Assembly (NCBI GenBank): GCA_038214715.1
Contig: JBBQRP010000001.1
Span: 131,646-195,645, forward strand
Length of the DNA: 64,000 nt
Direction of reading: 5' to 3'
From: Thermoanaerobaculia bacterium
Lineage (GTDB): Bacteria > Acidobacteriota > Thermoanaerobaculia > UBA5066
Below are positions 34,927 to 43,679 of this stretch, one piece after another. The notes below the pieces were generated by a model, which was given only the letters and a program-made list of their open reading frames with translations, did not search any database and was not told the origin of the DNA. The position numbers were made by a program, and so were the translations under genes. Positions within the stretch are counted from its first letter, which is position 1; each line of letters starts with the position of its first letter.

Positions 34927-35942
34927 GAGGAAAGGGGCTCCCAGTCTCCCTCGGGCGCGTCGAGCGCGATCGCGAGGCCCCCGTTCGAACCGGCGAAGAC
35001 GGGATCGTCGACGGTGCGGACCCGCCCGCCGCCGAGCTCGCCGAGCGTCTTCTCGAGCGCGGTCGCGAGGCCAGGGAGCTGCGAGCCCCCTCCCGCGAGA
35101 ACGATGTTGCGCTGCACCTTTTCCTGGTACTCGGGCTCGACCTTCGAGAGGAGGTCGAGCATCGTCTCGGCGATGGGGCCGACGACGCTCTCGCAGGCTT
35201 TCTTCATCTCTGCCGTGATGTCGACGTCCGCCGGCTTTCCCTTCACGGGGAACCGCACGACGACCGGGCCGGGCGGATTCCCGACGAAGCTGTGCTTTTC
35301 CTTCCACTCCCGGACCATGTGGATCGAGAAGCGACCGTCGGGATTCTTCGCCTTCACGAGCGTCATGAGCTGCTCGTCGATCGAATCGCCCGCGTGCGTG
35401 AGCGTGCGCTGGTCTTCGTCCGTCGGATAGCGTCCGTTCATCACGCAGAAATCCGTCGTTCCGGCGCCGATGTCGATGACCATCGTGTGGAGGAGCGCGT
35501 CCATCCCGTACGCGACCGCGAATGGCTCGGACACGATGAGGAGGGCGTCCGCGATTCCCTTCACGGCCGTCCTCAGGTGCTGCCGCGACACGCGCAGGGC
35601 CTCGGCGGGAACCCCGACGACGGCGTGCACGGCCTGGCCTTCCTTGCGGCCCGCGAGGGAGATGAGGTGTTTCAGGAGCTCGTGAACGGCTTCTTCGTCC
35701 TTCGCGGAGCCCTGCTTGATGAGACCGCGCTCGAGCGGCCGGTGCAGGTCGAGCATCGGGCGGTTCTCGAGAGCCTCGGCGCCGAACAGGATCGGCTTTT
35801 TCACGACCTTGCGGGCCACCATGTCGAGGGGCCAGCCTACGTAGCTCTCCACGACGTGGTGCGCGCCGTTCGAGGCCGTGATCGAGCTCCGCGAAGTGCC
35901 GAGATCGATCCCGACGTGGAGAACGTCTTTCTTCCCGCTCAT
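34923..35942 (-). CDS. Actin-like ATPase of the MamK-like branch (MreB/ParM superfamily)
   Basis: Phosphate-1 VGIDLGTS, phosphate-2/connect IDIGAGTTDFC, adenosine motif NIVLAGGGSQLPGL. Blocks YVGWPLDM, IVSEPFAVAYGMD, KEKHSFVGNP, VKGKPADVDITAEMKKACE, EPEYQEKVQRN and DDPVFAGSNGGLAIAL match my recollection of MamK better than MreB or FtsA. 339 aa. Confidence 0.8.
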   Translation of the reverse strand: MSGKKDVLHVGIDLGTSRSSITASNGAHHVVESYVGWPLDMVARKVVKKPILFGAEALENRPMLDLHRPLERGLIKQGSAKDEEAVHELLKHLISLAGRKEGQAVHAVVGVPAEALRVSRQHLRTAVKGIADALLIVSEPFAVAYGMDALLHTMVIDIGAGTTDFCVMNGRYPTDEDQRTLTHAGDSIDEQLMTLVKAKNPDGRFSIHMVREWKEKHSFVGNPPGPVVVRFPVKGKPADVDITAEMKKACESVVGPIAETMLDLLSKVEPEYQEKVQRNIVLAGGGSQLPGLATALEKTLGELGGGRVRTVDDPVFAGSNGGLAIALDAPEGDWEPLSS

Positions 35943-35943
35943 G

Positions 35944-36936
35944 TCAACTCCGTCTGGAGGGCGGATGGTTCCGCGCCTCCGCGTACGCGAGGATTCCGTT
36001 CGAAAGGGCCTGCGCGATCTGCTGACGATAACCGGAATCCTTCAAGTGTCTCGCTTCATCGTCGTTCGACACGGTCGAGACCTCCGCGAGAATGCCGGGC
36101 ATTTCCGTCGCGATGAGGACGACGAAGGGCGCGCTCCTCACGCCGCGGTCCTTCAGCCGGGGGACGACGGGCCTGAGAAAAGTCACGAGCCCGCCCTGCA
36201 CGGACTCCGCGAACTTCCGGGACTCTCCCTGCCGGGAGTCCGCGAGGACCCCCTCCAAAAGGCGCCGGAAGTCCGCCATCGTGTAGCCGGAGGAGCGGTT
36301 CTCGTCGCCCGCGAGCTGCTGCACGTGCGGGTCGGTGGTGGTCCCGAGGAAGTACGTCTCGACGCCGCGCGTCTCTTTCACCGACGGGAGCGAGTTCACG
36401 TGGATCGAGACGAAGAGGTCGGACTTCCGCGCGTTCGCGAAGAGGACCCGGTCCTTCAGGGAGAGCGTCGCGTCGACCTCGCGCGTCAGCGACACGGCGA
36501 CGTTCTCGGCGACGAGAAGGTCCCTGAGGCGGCGCGCGACGTCCAGCGTCACGTCCTTTTCCTTCACGCCGCACGCGATCGCGCCGGGGTCCGCCCCGCC
36601 GTGTCCGGGATCGATCACGACGGACCGCACTTCGAGCCGGAAGAGGGAAGGTTCGAGGCCGTCCGGTGCATTGATGACGCTCACGGGCGCCGCGGGCGCC
36701 GCGGACGGAGACGACACGACGAGAAAGTCCGTTCGTTCGCCCCGTCCCGTCGTCAGGGCGTTGATCGAAAGGAAGAGCGCGAGCGGCACGACGATGAAGA
36801 CGGACGTGCGGAACAGCGCGCGGCGGAACCTGTCCGAACGCCTCAGGCCCTTCGGGAGCCGGCCCTCGATGACGTCCCGGTTCTCGCGGATCGCGTCCTT
36901 GAGGATTGACTGCCGGAGCCGGTTCGCTTTCGTCAT
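35944..36936 (-). CDS. N-acetylmuramoyl-L-alanine amidase (Amidase_3, AmiC-like) with an N-terminal TM anchor
   Basis: Zn ligands in VIDPGHGGADPGA and SIHVNS. Followed by ETYF, then the catalytic Glu region. N-terminal helix VFIVVPLALFLSINAL. Confidence 0.85.
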   Translation of the reverse strand: MTKANRLRQSILKDAIRENRDVIEGRLPKGLRRSDRFRRALFRTSVFIVVPLALFLSINALTTGRGERTDFLVVSSPSAAPAAPVSVINAPDGLEPSLFRLEVRSVVIDPGHGGADPGAIACGVKEKDVTLDVARRLRDLLVAENVAVSLTREVDATLSLKDRVLFANARKSDLFVSIHVNSLPSVKETRGVETYFLGTTTDPHVQQLAGDENRSSGYTMADFRRLLEGVLADSRQGESRKFAESVQGGLVTFLRPVVPRLKDRGVRSAPFVVLIATEMPGILAEVSTVSNDDEARHLKDSGYRQQIAQALSNGILAYAEARNHPPSRRS

Positions 36937-36986
36937 GGAGCTCCCAAAAAGGGTAGCACCTGCACCCCGGAGCCGCCCCTAAAGGC

Positions 36987-37793
36987 TCAGAAGAGAGGGG
37001 CTTTCCCGATCGGGACGCGCAGGGACCGGGTCGCATCGGGGCGCGGCGCGACGGGCGGCCCCTTCGACTGGAGGAGAAACCGGGTCGCGGGCTGTGCCGG
37101 GCTCTTCAGGACCGTCTCGGGAGCGCCCTCCTCGGCGACGACACCGTCGGCGAGAACGACGACGTGCGTCGCGAAGTCGAGCACGAAATCCACGTCGTGC
37201 GTCGCCACGACGAGCGTCCTTCCCTCCGCGATGAGCCCCTCGAGCGAGCGCCCGAGCTCGTTGCGTCGCGCCGGATCGAGGGACGCCGTGGGCTCGTCCA
37301 TGAGGAGGAGCGGCGGCTCCATCGCGAGCGCTCGCGCGATGGCGACCCGCTGGGCTTCTCCGCCGGACATCTCGCGGGGGAACGCCTTCGCGAGATGGGG
37401 CACGCCGAGCGTGCCGAAGAGCTCGAGGGCGCGCGCGTCCGCGGCCTCCCTCGGTCGCCTCGCGACGTAGACGGGCGCAAGCGCGACGTTCTCGAGAGCC
37501 GTCAGATGCTCGAAGAGCCCATGGTACTGGAACACCATCCCGACCCGCGACCGGAGGGCCCGGAGCGCGGCTCCCGGCGGCAGCGCGCCCGCCGCGAGAG
37601 GCACGCCCGATACGTCGATGGCTCCTTCGTCGAACGCCTCGAGGCCGACGACCGTGCGGAGGATCGTCGTCTTGCCGCAGCCCGAGAGGCCCATGAGCGC
37701 AACGAGCTGGCCCGTGGGGACGGTCAGGTCGACTCCCTTGAGGACGCGCGTCGCCCCGCGCGAAAGCGTGAGGCCGCGAATCGTGAGCGCGGG
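36987..37793 (-). CDS. Polar amino-acid ABC transporter ATP-binding protein
   Basis: Walker A GLSGCGKTT, signature LSGGEAQRVAIARAL, Walker B LLLMDEPTASLD, H-loop. 268 aa. Confidence 0.9.
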   Translation of the reverse strand, partial: PALTIRGLTLSRGATRVLKGVDLTVPTGQLVALMGLSGCGKTTILRTVVGLEAFDEGAIDVSGVPLAAGALPPGAALRALRSRVGMVFQYHGLFEHLTALENVALAPVYVARRPREAADARALELFGTLGVPHLAKAFPREMSGGEAQRVAIARALAMEPPLLLMDEPTASLDPARRNELGRSLEGLIAEGRTLVVATHDVDFVLDFATHVVVLADGVVAEEGAPETVLKSPAQPATRFLLQSKGPPVAPRPDATRSLRVPIGKAPLF

Positions 37794-37798
37794 AGCCG

Positions 37799-39274
37799 TC
37801 ATGCCGAAGGCGCCCTCCAGCGCCCCTCGAGCCGCCGAGCGAGGCGCGACAGCGGCAGCGACATCGCGAGATAAAGCGCAGCGCAGAGCGCACCCGGAAG
37901 CGCCCAGCTCGCGATGTTCGTGGCGAAGATGGCCGTCTGCTTCGTGAGCTCGACGACGGTCACGACCGAGACGAGCGAGGAGTCCTTCAGGAGCGCGACG
38001 AAGTCGTTCGTCATGGGGGCGAGCGCGAGCCGGAACGCCTGCGGCCCGCGCACGAGTCTCAGGACCTGCCCTTCCGTCAGACCCAGCGTGCGCGCCGCCT
38101 CGAGCTGCGACCTCGGCACCGCCTCGAGGGCGCCGCGGTAGATCTCGCTCTCGTACGCGGCGTAGTTCAAGCCGAGGCCCAGGAGCGCCGCGACGAAGGC
38201 AGGAAGCCTGACGAATTCGGAAAGGCCGTAGTAGAGGACGAAGAGCTGGAGCAGGACCGGCGTCCCGCGCATGAGCTCGACGTACACGGTGAGGAGGAAC
38301 CTCACCGGAGCATTGCCGTACACCCGCCCGCTCGCGATGGCGATCCCCATCACCACCGCGAGCGCCATCGAGAGGCAGGACAGCACGATGGTGACGAGCG
38401 ACGCTTTCAGGAGCGACGGGAGATAGAGGAGAACGAGAGAGAAAGATTTCCGAGAGGGAGAAGAAGGGAGGGGCGTCAAAGCAATTCGCTTTTCTTCGTT
38501 TGCCTCGAACGCAGCCTGCTCGTCGTCCCAGACGTTCCACTTCTCGAAGATCTTCCGCAGCGTGCCGTCGCGCATCCTCTCCATCAGGATCGCGTCGACG
38601 CGGTCCCTCAGCGCTGCGCTCTCCCGCGCGAGAACGCCGACGTAGCGCCCCGTCGTGACGGCCCCTGGCTGGATCGCGAGACCCGGCACGCGCTTCACCG
38701 ACCGGGCCGCGAGGACGTGGTCGAGGAGAACGGCGTCCAAGCGGCCACCCGCGAGATCCTCGTACGGATGGACGTCGTCGTCGTAGGAGACGGGCTCGAG
38801 CCCCTGCGCCGTGGCCGCCGCGACGAGCGTGTCGTAGGCGATCGTGCCCGAGAGCGTGCCGACCTTCCGGCCCCTGAGGTCCGAGAGCGTGCGAAAGCGC
38901 GAGGCGTCTCCCGCGCGCACCGTCAGTACCTCGCGGAACTCGAAGTAGGGCCGCGTCACCGAGAGGGCCTTCCGGCGCTGGGGCGTGTCCTCGACGCCCG
39001 AAAAGCCGATCTCGAAGTCGCCGCGGGCGACGGACTGGTCGATCGTCTGGTACGCCACCTGAACGAAGAGCGGCTTTTTCCCGACGCCGAGCGCGAGGGC
39101 GGACGCGATCTCGACGTCGAAGCCGCGCACCTTCGAAGGATCGGCCGGGTCGGCCTCGACGAAGGGCGCACCGCCCTCCGCGTCGCCGCCCCATCGGAGA
39201 ACGCCCGGGTCCGGTTGCGCCGCGCGTGCCGCGCCCGCGAGCAGAAGGATCGCGGCGGCGACGGCCCGGGTCAC
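37799..39274 (-). CDS. Fused periplasmic substrate-binding domain (SBP_bac_3-like) plus ABC permease (polar amino-acid type)
   Basis: Signal peptide VTRAVAAAILLLAGAARA, then a ~230-aa SBP-like domain, then a TM block with the EAA loop EAARTLGLTEGQVLRLV. GTG 39274 overlaps the psd stop. The alternative ATG 39337 would overlap psd by 66 nt. Confidence 0.8.
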   Translation of the reverse strand: MTRAVAAAILLLAGAARAAQPDPGVLRWGGDAEGGAPFVEADPADPSKVRGFDVEIASALALGVGKKPLFVQVAYQTIDQSVARGDFEIGFSGVEDTPQRRKALSVTRPYFEFREVLTVRAGDASRFRTLSDLRGRKVGTLSGTIAYDTLVAAATAQGLEPVSYDDDVHPYEDLAGGRLDAVLLDHVLAARSVKRVPGLAIQPGAVTTGRYVGVLARESAALRDRVDAILMERMRDGTLRKIFEKWNVWDDEQAAFEANEEKRIALTPLPSSPSRKSFSLVLLYLPSLLKASLVTIVLSCLSMALAVVMGIAIASGRVYGNAPVRFLLTVYVELMRGTPVLLQLFVLYYGLSEFVRLPAFVAALLGLGLNYAAYESEIYRGALEAVPRSQLEAARTLGLTEGQVLRLVRGPQAFRLALAPMTNDFVALLKDSSLVSVVTVVELTKQTAIFATNIASWALPGALCAALYLAMSLPLSRLARRLEGRWRAPSA

Positions 39275-40128
39275 GGCCGGAAGGCTCCGAGGCGCTCCCC
39301 CGTCTTCACGGGTCCGAGGCCGCGGGAAGGCTCCCACTCCGGCGCCCTCTCTCCCCCCACGAGGAGGACGACCGTCGACCCGAGCTCGAACGCGCCGAGG
39401 TCGTCACCGGGCGCGCACGCAAGATCCGCGACGGGAAGACGCCCGCGCTTCGGCAGCGCCCGGCCCCCCAGCCAGCGCGGATCGACGACGACGCCCCCGA
39501 CGTGGGTCGCGGCGACCATGACCGCGGCGACGAGAAGGCCCTCGGCCTCGCGCACCCCTCGCGCGATCCAGTAGGCCCGCCGGTTCCGCACGTAGAGCCG
39601 CGGCGTCGCGGCCGTGGACGCCGCGTTGACCGGCCAGAGCTCCCCTTCCACGCGCCCGACGGCGACGCACGCGCCGGAGACCGGGACGTGGATGCGGTGA
39701 TAGTCCCGGGGCGCGAGATAGAGCGTCTGATAGTGAGCGGAGGAAAGCTCCGCGGCGAGGGGATCGCCGTCGAGAAGGTCGAGGAGCCCGTACGAAAGGC
39801 CCTTCGCCTGGAGGAGAGCACCCTCCGCGACCCGGCCGGACGCGATGACGCTCCCGTCGACGGGAGAGTTGATGCCCCCGGCGGCGGCGGGCGCCTGCGG
39901 CCGCAGATCCGGCCGGAGCCGTCGCGTGAAAAAATCGAGAATCGACTCGTATTCGGTGACGTCCTTTTCGGCCTCGCCGAGGTCCGCGCCGACGGCGGCG
40001 GCGAACCGGCCCAGAAGGGGGTGGCGCAGGGCTTTCGGAAGGCGCAGCCGGGCGAGTGCGCCGACGGCCGCGGAACCTGCCTTCTTCGGGTAAAGGAACA
40101 GGAGGTTCAGCGAGAGCGGCACGGGCAT
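39271..40128 (-). CDS. psd: Phosphatidylserine decarboxylase proenzyme
   Basis: N-terminal MPVPLSLNLLFLYPKK (compare E. coli LSLQYILPK). Self-cleavage motif FELGSTVVLL (LGST). The upstream 29 aa of the track ORF overlap the pckG leader and were rejected. Confidence 0.85.
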   Translation of the reverse strand: MPVPLSLNLLFLYPKKAGSAAVGALARLRLPKALRHPLLGRFAAAVGADLGEAEKDVTEYESILDFFTRRLRPDLRPQAPAAAGGINSPVDGSVIASGRVAEGALLQAKGLSYGLLDLLDGDPLAAELSSAHYQTLYLAPRDYHRIHVPVSGACVAVGRVEGELWPVNAASTAATPRLYVRNRRAYWIARGVREAEGLLVAAVMVAATHVGGVVVDPRWLGGRALPKRGRLPVADLACAPGDDLGAFELGSTVVLLVGGERAPEWEPSRGLGPVKTGERLGAFRP

Positions 40129-40213
40129 GTCCCAACCGTACCAGACGCAAGCCCCTGTGCTAACTTCCGCTACAGAAATCGTCGGCCGACGCGGCGCGCC
40201 GAAAGGAACTCCC

Positions 40214-42028
40214 ATGAGCTCACTTCTGACGCAAGCCTCGCTCAGCGGCCCCCTTTCGAAGAATCCTCATCTCCTCGCCTGGATCGAAGAATGCGTCCGC
40301 CTCACGAAACCCGACCGCGTCGTCTGGTGCGACGGCTCCGTCGCCGAGAAGGACGCGCTGACGAAAGAGGCTGTCGCTCTCGGAATTCTGATTCCCCTGA
40401 ACCAGGAGAAGCTGCCGGGCTGCTACCTCCACCGCTCGAATCCGAACGACGTCGCGCGCGTCGAGCACCTCACCTTCATCTGCACGAAGTCGAAGAACGA
40501 GGCGGGCCCGACGAACAACTGGATGGAGCCGGGTGACGCGTACCGCAAGCTCGGAGCCCTCTTCGACGGCTCGATGCGCGGCCGCACGCTGTACGTCGTG
40601 CCCTACGTCATGGGACCGATCGGCTCGCCGCTCGCGAAGATCGGCGTCGAGCTCACCGACAGCATCTACGTCGTCCTGAACATGCGCATCATGACGCGGA
40701 TGGGGCAGCCGGCCCTCGAAATGCTCGGCGCGTCGGACGACTTCAACCGAGGCCTCCACTCCACGCTCGACGTGAACCCGGAGCGCCGGTTCATCTGCCA
40801 TTTCCCCGAAGACAACACGATCTGGTCGATCGGGAGCGGCTACGGCGGGAACGTCCTCCTGGGAAAGAAATGCCTCGCGCTGCGCATCGGGTCCTACCTC
40901 GGCAGCCGCGAGGGCTGGATGGCCGAGCACATGCTCCTCATGGGCGTCGAAGACCCGCGCGGCGAGACGACCTACGTCGCCGCCGCGTTTCCGAGTGCGT
41001 GCGGCAAGACGAACTTCGCGATGCTCATTCCCCCGCGGCGGTTCCACGGCTGGAAGGTCTGGACCGTCGGCGACGACATCGTGTGGATGCGTCCGGGCAC
41101 CGACGGACGGCTCTGGGCGATCAACCCCGAGAACGGCTACTTCGGCGTGGCCCCCGGGACGAACGACGCGACGAATCCCACGGCGATGCGCACGATCAGC
41201 CGAGACACTCTCTACACGAACGTCGCGATGACGAAAGACGGCGACGTGTGGTGGGAGGGAAAGACCGCTGAGGCTCCCGACGAGCTCATCGACTGGCAAG
41301 GACGCCCGTGGAAAAAGGGCTCGACCGAGAAAGCCGCTCACCCGAACAGCCGTTTCACGGCCCCGATGGCGAACAACCCCGCGCTCTCGCCCCGCGCAAA
41401 CGACCTGCAGGGCGTGCCCGTCTCGGCGCTCGTGTTCGGGGGCCGGCGCAGCGACACGGTGCCGCTCGTCATGCAGTCTTTCAACTGGGCGCACGGCGTC
41501 TACCTCGGTGCGACGATGGGCTCCGAGACGACCGCCGCCGCGACCGGCAAGGTCGGCGTCGTCCGCCGAGACCCGATGGCGATGCTCCCCTTCTGCGGTT
41601 ACGACATGGGGAACTACTTCGGCCACTGGCTGGACATGGCGACCCGCATCCATCTCCTCCCGAAGATCTTCCAGGTGAACTGGTTCCGCAAAGGCGCGGA
41701 CGGACGATTCCTCTGGCCGGGCTTCGGCGACAACATGCGCGTCCTCAAGTGGATCATCGACCGCGCGCACGGACGCTCCGGGGCGCGGGAGACGGAATTC
41801 GGCTGGGTGCCGAAACAGGACGACTTCGACCTCTCAGGCCTCAATGTCCCGCTCGAGGACGTCGAGGAGGCCGAGTCGATCGACCGGGCCGCGTGGAAGC
41901 GCGAGCTCGTCGACCAGGAGGAGTTTTTCCGGAAGCTCGCGGCCACGATGCCGAAGGAGCTCGTCCTTCAGCGGGACCTCCTGATCGCGCGCCTCGAGCG
42001 CTACGAAAGGCTCAACCCGGGGATCTGA
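40214..42028 (+). CDS. pckG: Phosphoenolpyruvate carboxykinase (GTP)
   Basis: Kinase-1a FPSACGKTN. PEPCK-GTP blocks: YVVPYVMGPIGSP, SIGSGYGGN, WMAEHMLLMG. 604 aa from ATG 40214. Confidence 0.9.
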   Translation: MSSLLTQASLSGPLSKNPHLLAWIEECVRLTKPDRVVWCDGSVAEKDALTKEAVALGILIPLNQEKLPGCYLHRSNPNDVARVEHLTFICTKSKNEAGPTNNWMEPGDAYRKLGALFDGSMRGRTLYVVPYVMGPIGSPLAKIGVELTDSIYVVLNMRIMTRMGQPALEMLGASDDFNRGLHSTLDVNPERRFICHFPEDNTIWSIGSGYGGNVLLGKKCLALRIGSYLGSREGWMAEHMLLMGVEDPRGETTYVAAAFPSACGKTNFAMLIPPRRFHGWKVWTVGDDIVWMRPGTDGRLWAINPENGYFGVAPGTNDATNPTAMRTISRDTLYTNVAMTKDGDVWWEGKTAEAPDELIDWQGRPWKKGSTEKAAHPNSRFTAPMANNPALSPRANDLQGVPVSALVFGGRRSDTVPLVMQSFNWAHGVYLGATMGSETTAAATGKVGVVRRDPMAMLPFCGYDMGNYFGHWLDMATRIHLLPKIFQVNWFRKGADGRFLWPGFGDNMRVLKWIIDRAHGRSGARETEFGWVPKQDDFDLSGLNVPLEDVEEAESIDRAAWKRELVDQEEFFRKLAATMPKELVLQRDLLIARLERYERLNPGI

Positions 42029-43289
42029 CCGCGCCGGTTCGGAGCTCGTCGGTCGCGAGGAGCTCCGCGATCACGCGCATACGCGGATAGTGACCGAGCC
42101 CCAGCTTTTTCGTGAAGAACGCGAGGGGCTCGGGCTCCGGTTCGCGTGCGAGAACGAGGCCGTACGCGCGTCGGACCGCCTCGCGGTCGCTCAAGCCCCG
42201 CAGGTGATCCGCCATTCCCCGCATCACGGCCCCGAGATCTCCTCGCGCGAGGTCCCCGAGGCGGGCCCGGAGCCGCTCTTCCGCGGCCGCGGACAGCCGG
42301 GGTACCGCCGGTGTAAGGCGCGCGCGGAGCTCCCCGCTCGACGCGATGGTGTCGATCCAGTCCCGCGCGCTCTCGAGCCCGCGTTCGACCACTCCCCGGT
42401 TGTACTCGAGCTCCTCGGCGAGCGGCTCGCGTGCGAGGACGGCCCGGAATGTCTCCCTCACGAACGCGTCGGCTCCGCGCGGCGCCCACCATTCGACGAA
42501 GGGCTCGAGGGAGAGCCGAAGCGCCGGGAGGTCCACGCGGATCGTCTCGCGAGAGGCCGCCGTGAGCCTCTCGTTCAACCCTTCGAGCTCGATCCTGTCC
42601 ACGAATCGAGGGACGACTCGGACGGCCGGGGACGTGCCGGGCGCCGCCGAGGTCGTCCAGAGATAGTGGGTGCCGTCGCCCCATTGCCGCGCGACCTCGA
42701 GCCCCGCGCCTTCCACGAGCGCTCGGACCTCGCCCGAATCCAGCGTGAGTCCCTCGTAGGTGCCGGGCGCGTATCGCCCGCGCCGCCTCACGCGGCCATC
42801 CACCTGAAAGTGGAAGACGCCCCCCGGCCTGAGGACGCGGGCTGCTTCCCGGACGTAGGTCTCGATCGCTTCGAGCTCCGGGATGTGCTGAAAGACGATG
42901 TACGAGAAGACGAAATCCCGGCTGGTGTCCGCGATTCCCGACAGTGTTCCTTCGACCTCCTCGAAGCGCGCGTTGGGGAGGTCCGCGCACGCCCGCCGTG
43001 CCTCCCCGACCATTCGCGGCGAGATGTCGACGCCGACCACGCTCCTCACGCGTGCCGCGAGCGGCCGGGCGAGCCGGCCGATCCCGGACCCGATCTCGAG
43101 CGCATCGGCGTCCGGTTGAAGCTCCACCTCGGAGAGGATCAGCGCCTCGAGCTCCTCCGCGCCGGACCGCCAGAAGCTCCCCGCGTCCGCCGTCCCGCTC
43201 GCGATGAAAAAGCGCGCGTCCTCCTCGGCCCGCAGGTCCCAGTCCCGTCGCATCCGTTCCGCAAGCGACATCGCCGTTCCGGTCTTCAC
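42012..43289 (-). CDS. Class I SAM-dependent methyltransferase with two C-terminal DUF4214-like repeats
   Basis: Motif I LEIGSGIGRLARPLA and the post-I VVGVDISPRMV. Two ~45-aa repeats resembling DUF4214 (FVRETFRAVLAREP...GELR and AVRRAYGLVLAREP...DELR). Its 3-prime end overlaps the pckG 3-prime end by 17 nt. Confidence 0.75.
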   Translation of the reverse strand: MKTGTAMSLAERMRRDWDLRAEEDARFFIASGTADAGSFWRSGAEELEALILSEVELQPDADALEIGSGIGRLARPLAARVRSVVGVDISPRMVGEARRACADLPNARFEEVEGTLSGIADTSRDFVFSYIVFQHIPELEAIETYVREAARVLRPGGVFHFQVDGRVRRRGRYAPGTYEGLTLDSGEVRALVEGAGLEVARQWGDGTHYLWTTSAAPGTSPAVRVVPRFVDRIELEGLNERLTAASRETIRVDLPALRLSLEPFVEWWAPRGADAFVRETFRAVLAREPLAEELEYNRGVVERGLESARDWIDTIASSGELRARLTPAVPRLSAAAEERLRARLGDLARGDLGAVMRGMADHLRGLSDREAVRRAYGLVLAREPEPEPLAFFTKKLGLGHYPRMRVIAELLATDELRTGAVRSPG

Positions 43290-43678
43290 GCCCGCGGTCC
43301 GGCGGGAACCGCCGCGATCGCGGCGATCTCGACCTGCCAGCCGCCGTGGAACTCGTTCACCGGAACGATCGCGCGGGCGGGGCGGCTCTCGCCAAGGACG
43401 CGCGCGTAGACTTCGTTGACGCGTCCCCAGAACGTGGCGTCCGACACGTAGACGGTCATCTGGAGAATCTGCGAGAGGTCGCTTCCCGCGGCTTCGACGA
43501 TGGCCTTCACATTCAGGAGGGCCCGCTCGGTCTGTTCCTCCACGGTGCCCGGCGGCTCTTCCGGCCGCGCGGGGTCCTTGCCCAGCTGTCCCGCGACGAA
43601 CACGAGGCCCCCGTGGACGACGCCCTGGGAATAGTGGCCCGCCGGCGCGGGCGCGCCTTTCGTGAAGACGACGTCCAC
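43286..43678 (-). CDS. ridA: RidA/YjgF/TdcF-family reactive-intermediate deaminase
   Basis: VVFTKGAPAPAGHYSQGVVHGGLVFVAGQLG, ~130 aa. GTG start 2 nt after the pip stop. The upstream part of the track ORF is an artefact. Confidence 0.8.
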   Translation of the reverse strand: MDVVFTKGAPAPAGHYSQGVVHGGLVFVAGQLGKDPARPEEPPGTVEEQTERALLNVKAIVEAAGSDLSQILQMTVYVSDATFWGRVNEVYARVLGESRPARAIVPVNEFHGGWQVEIAAIAAVPAGPRA

Positions 43679-43679
43679 G

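Noticed and set aside
33475-35307. 610-aa ORF fusing the actin-gene antisense frame to the SPOR gene
   Set aside because: The first 127 aa are Arg-rich noise. ATG 34926 overlaps the actin stop and gives a coherent SPOR protein.
36987-39194. 735-aa composite ORF
   Set aside because: It contains the ABC ATPase (from ATG 37793) preceded by out-of-frame translation across the permease gene.
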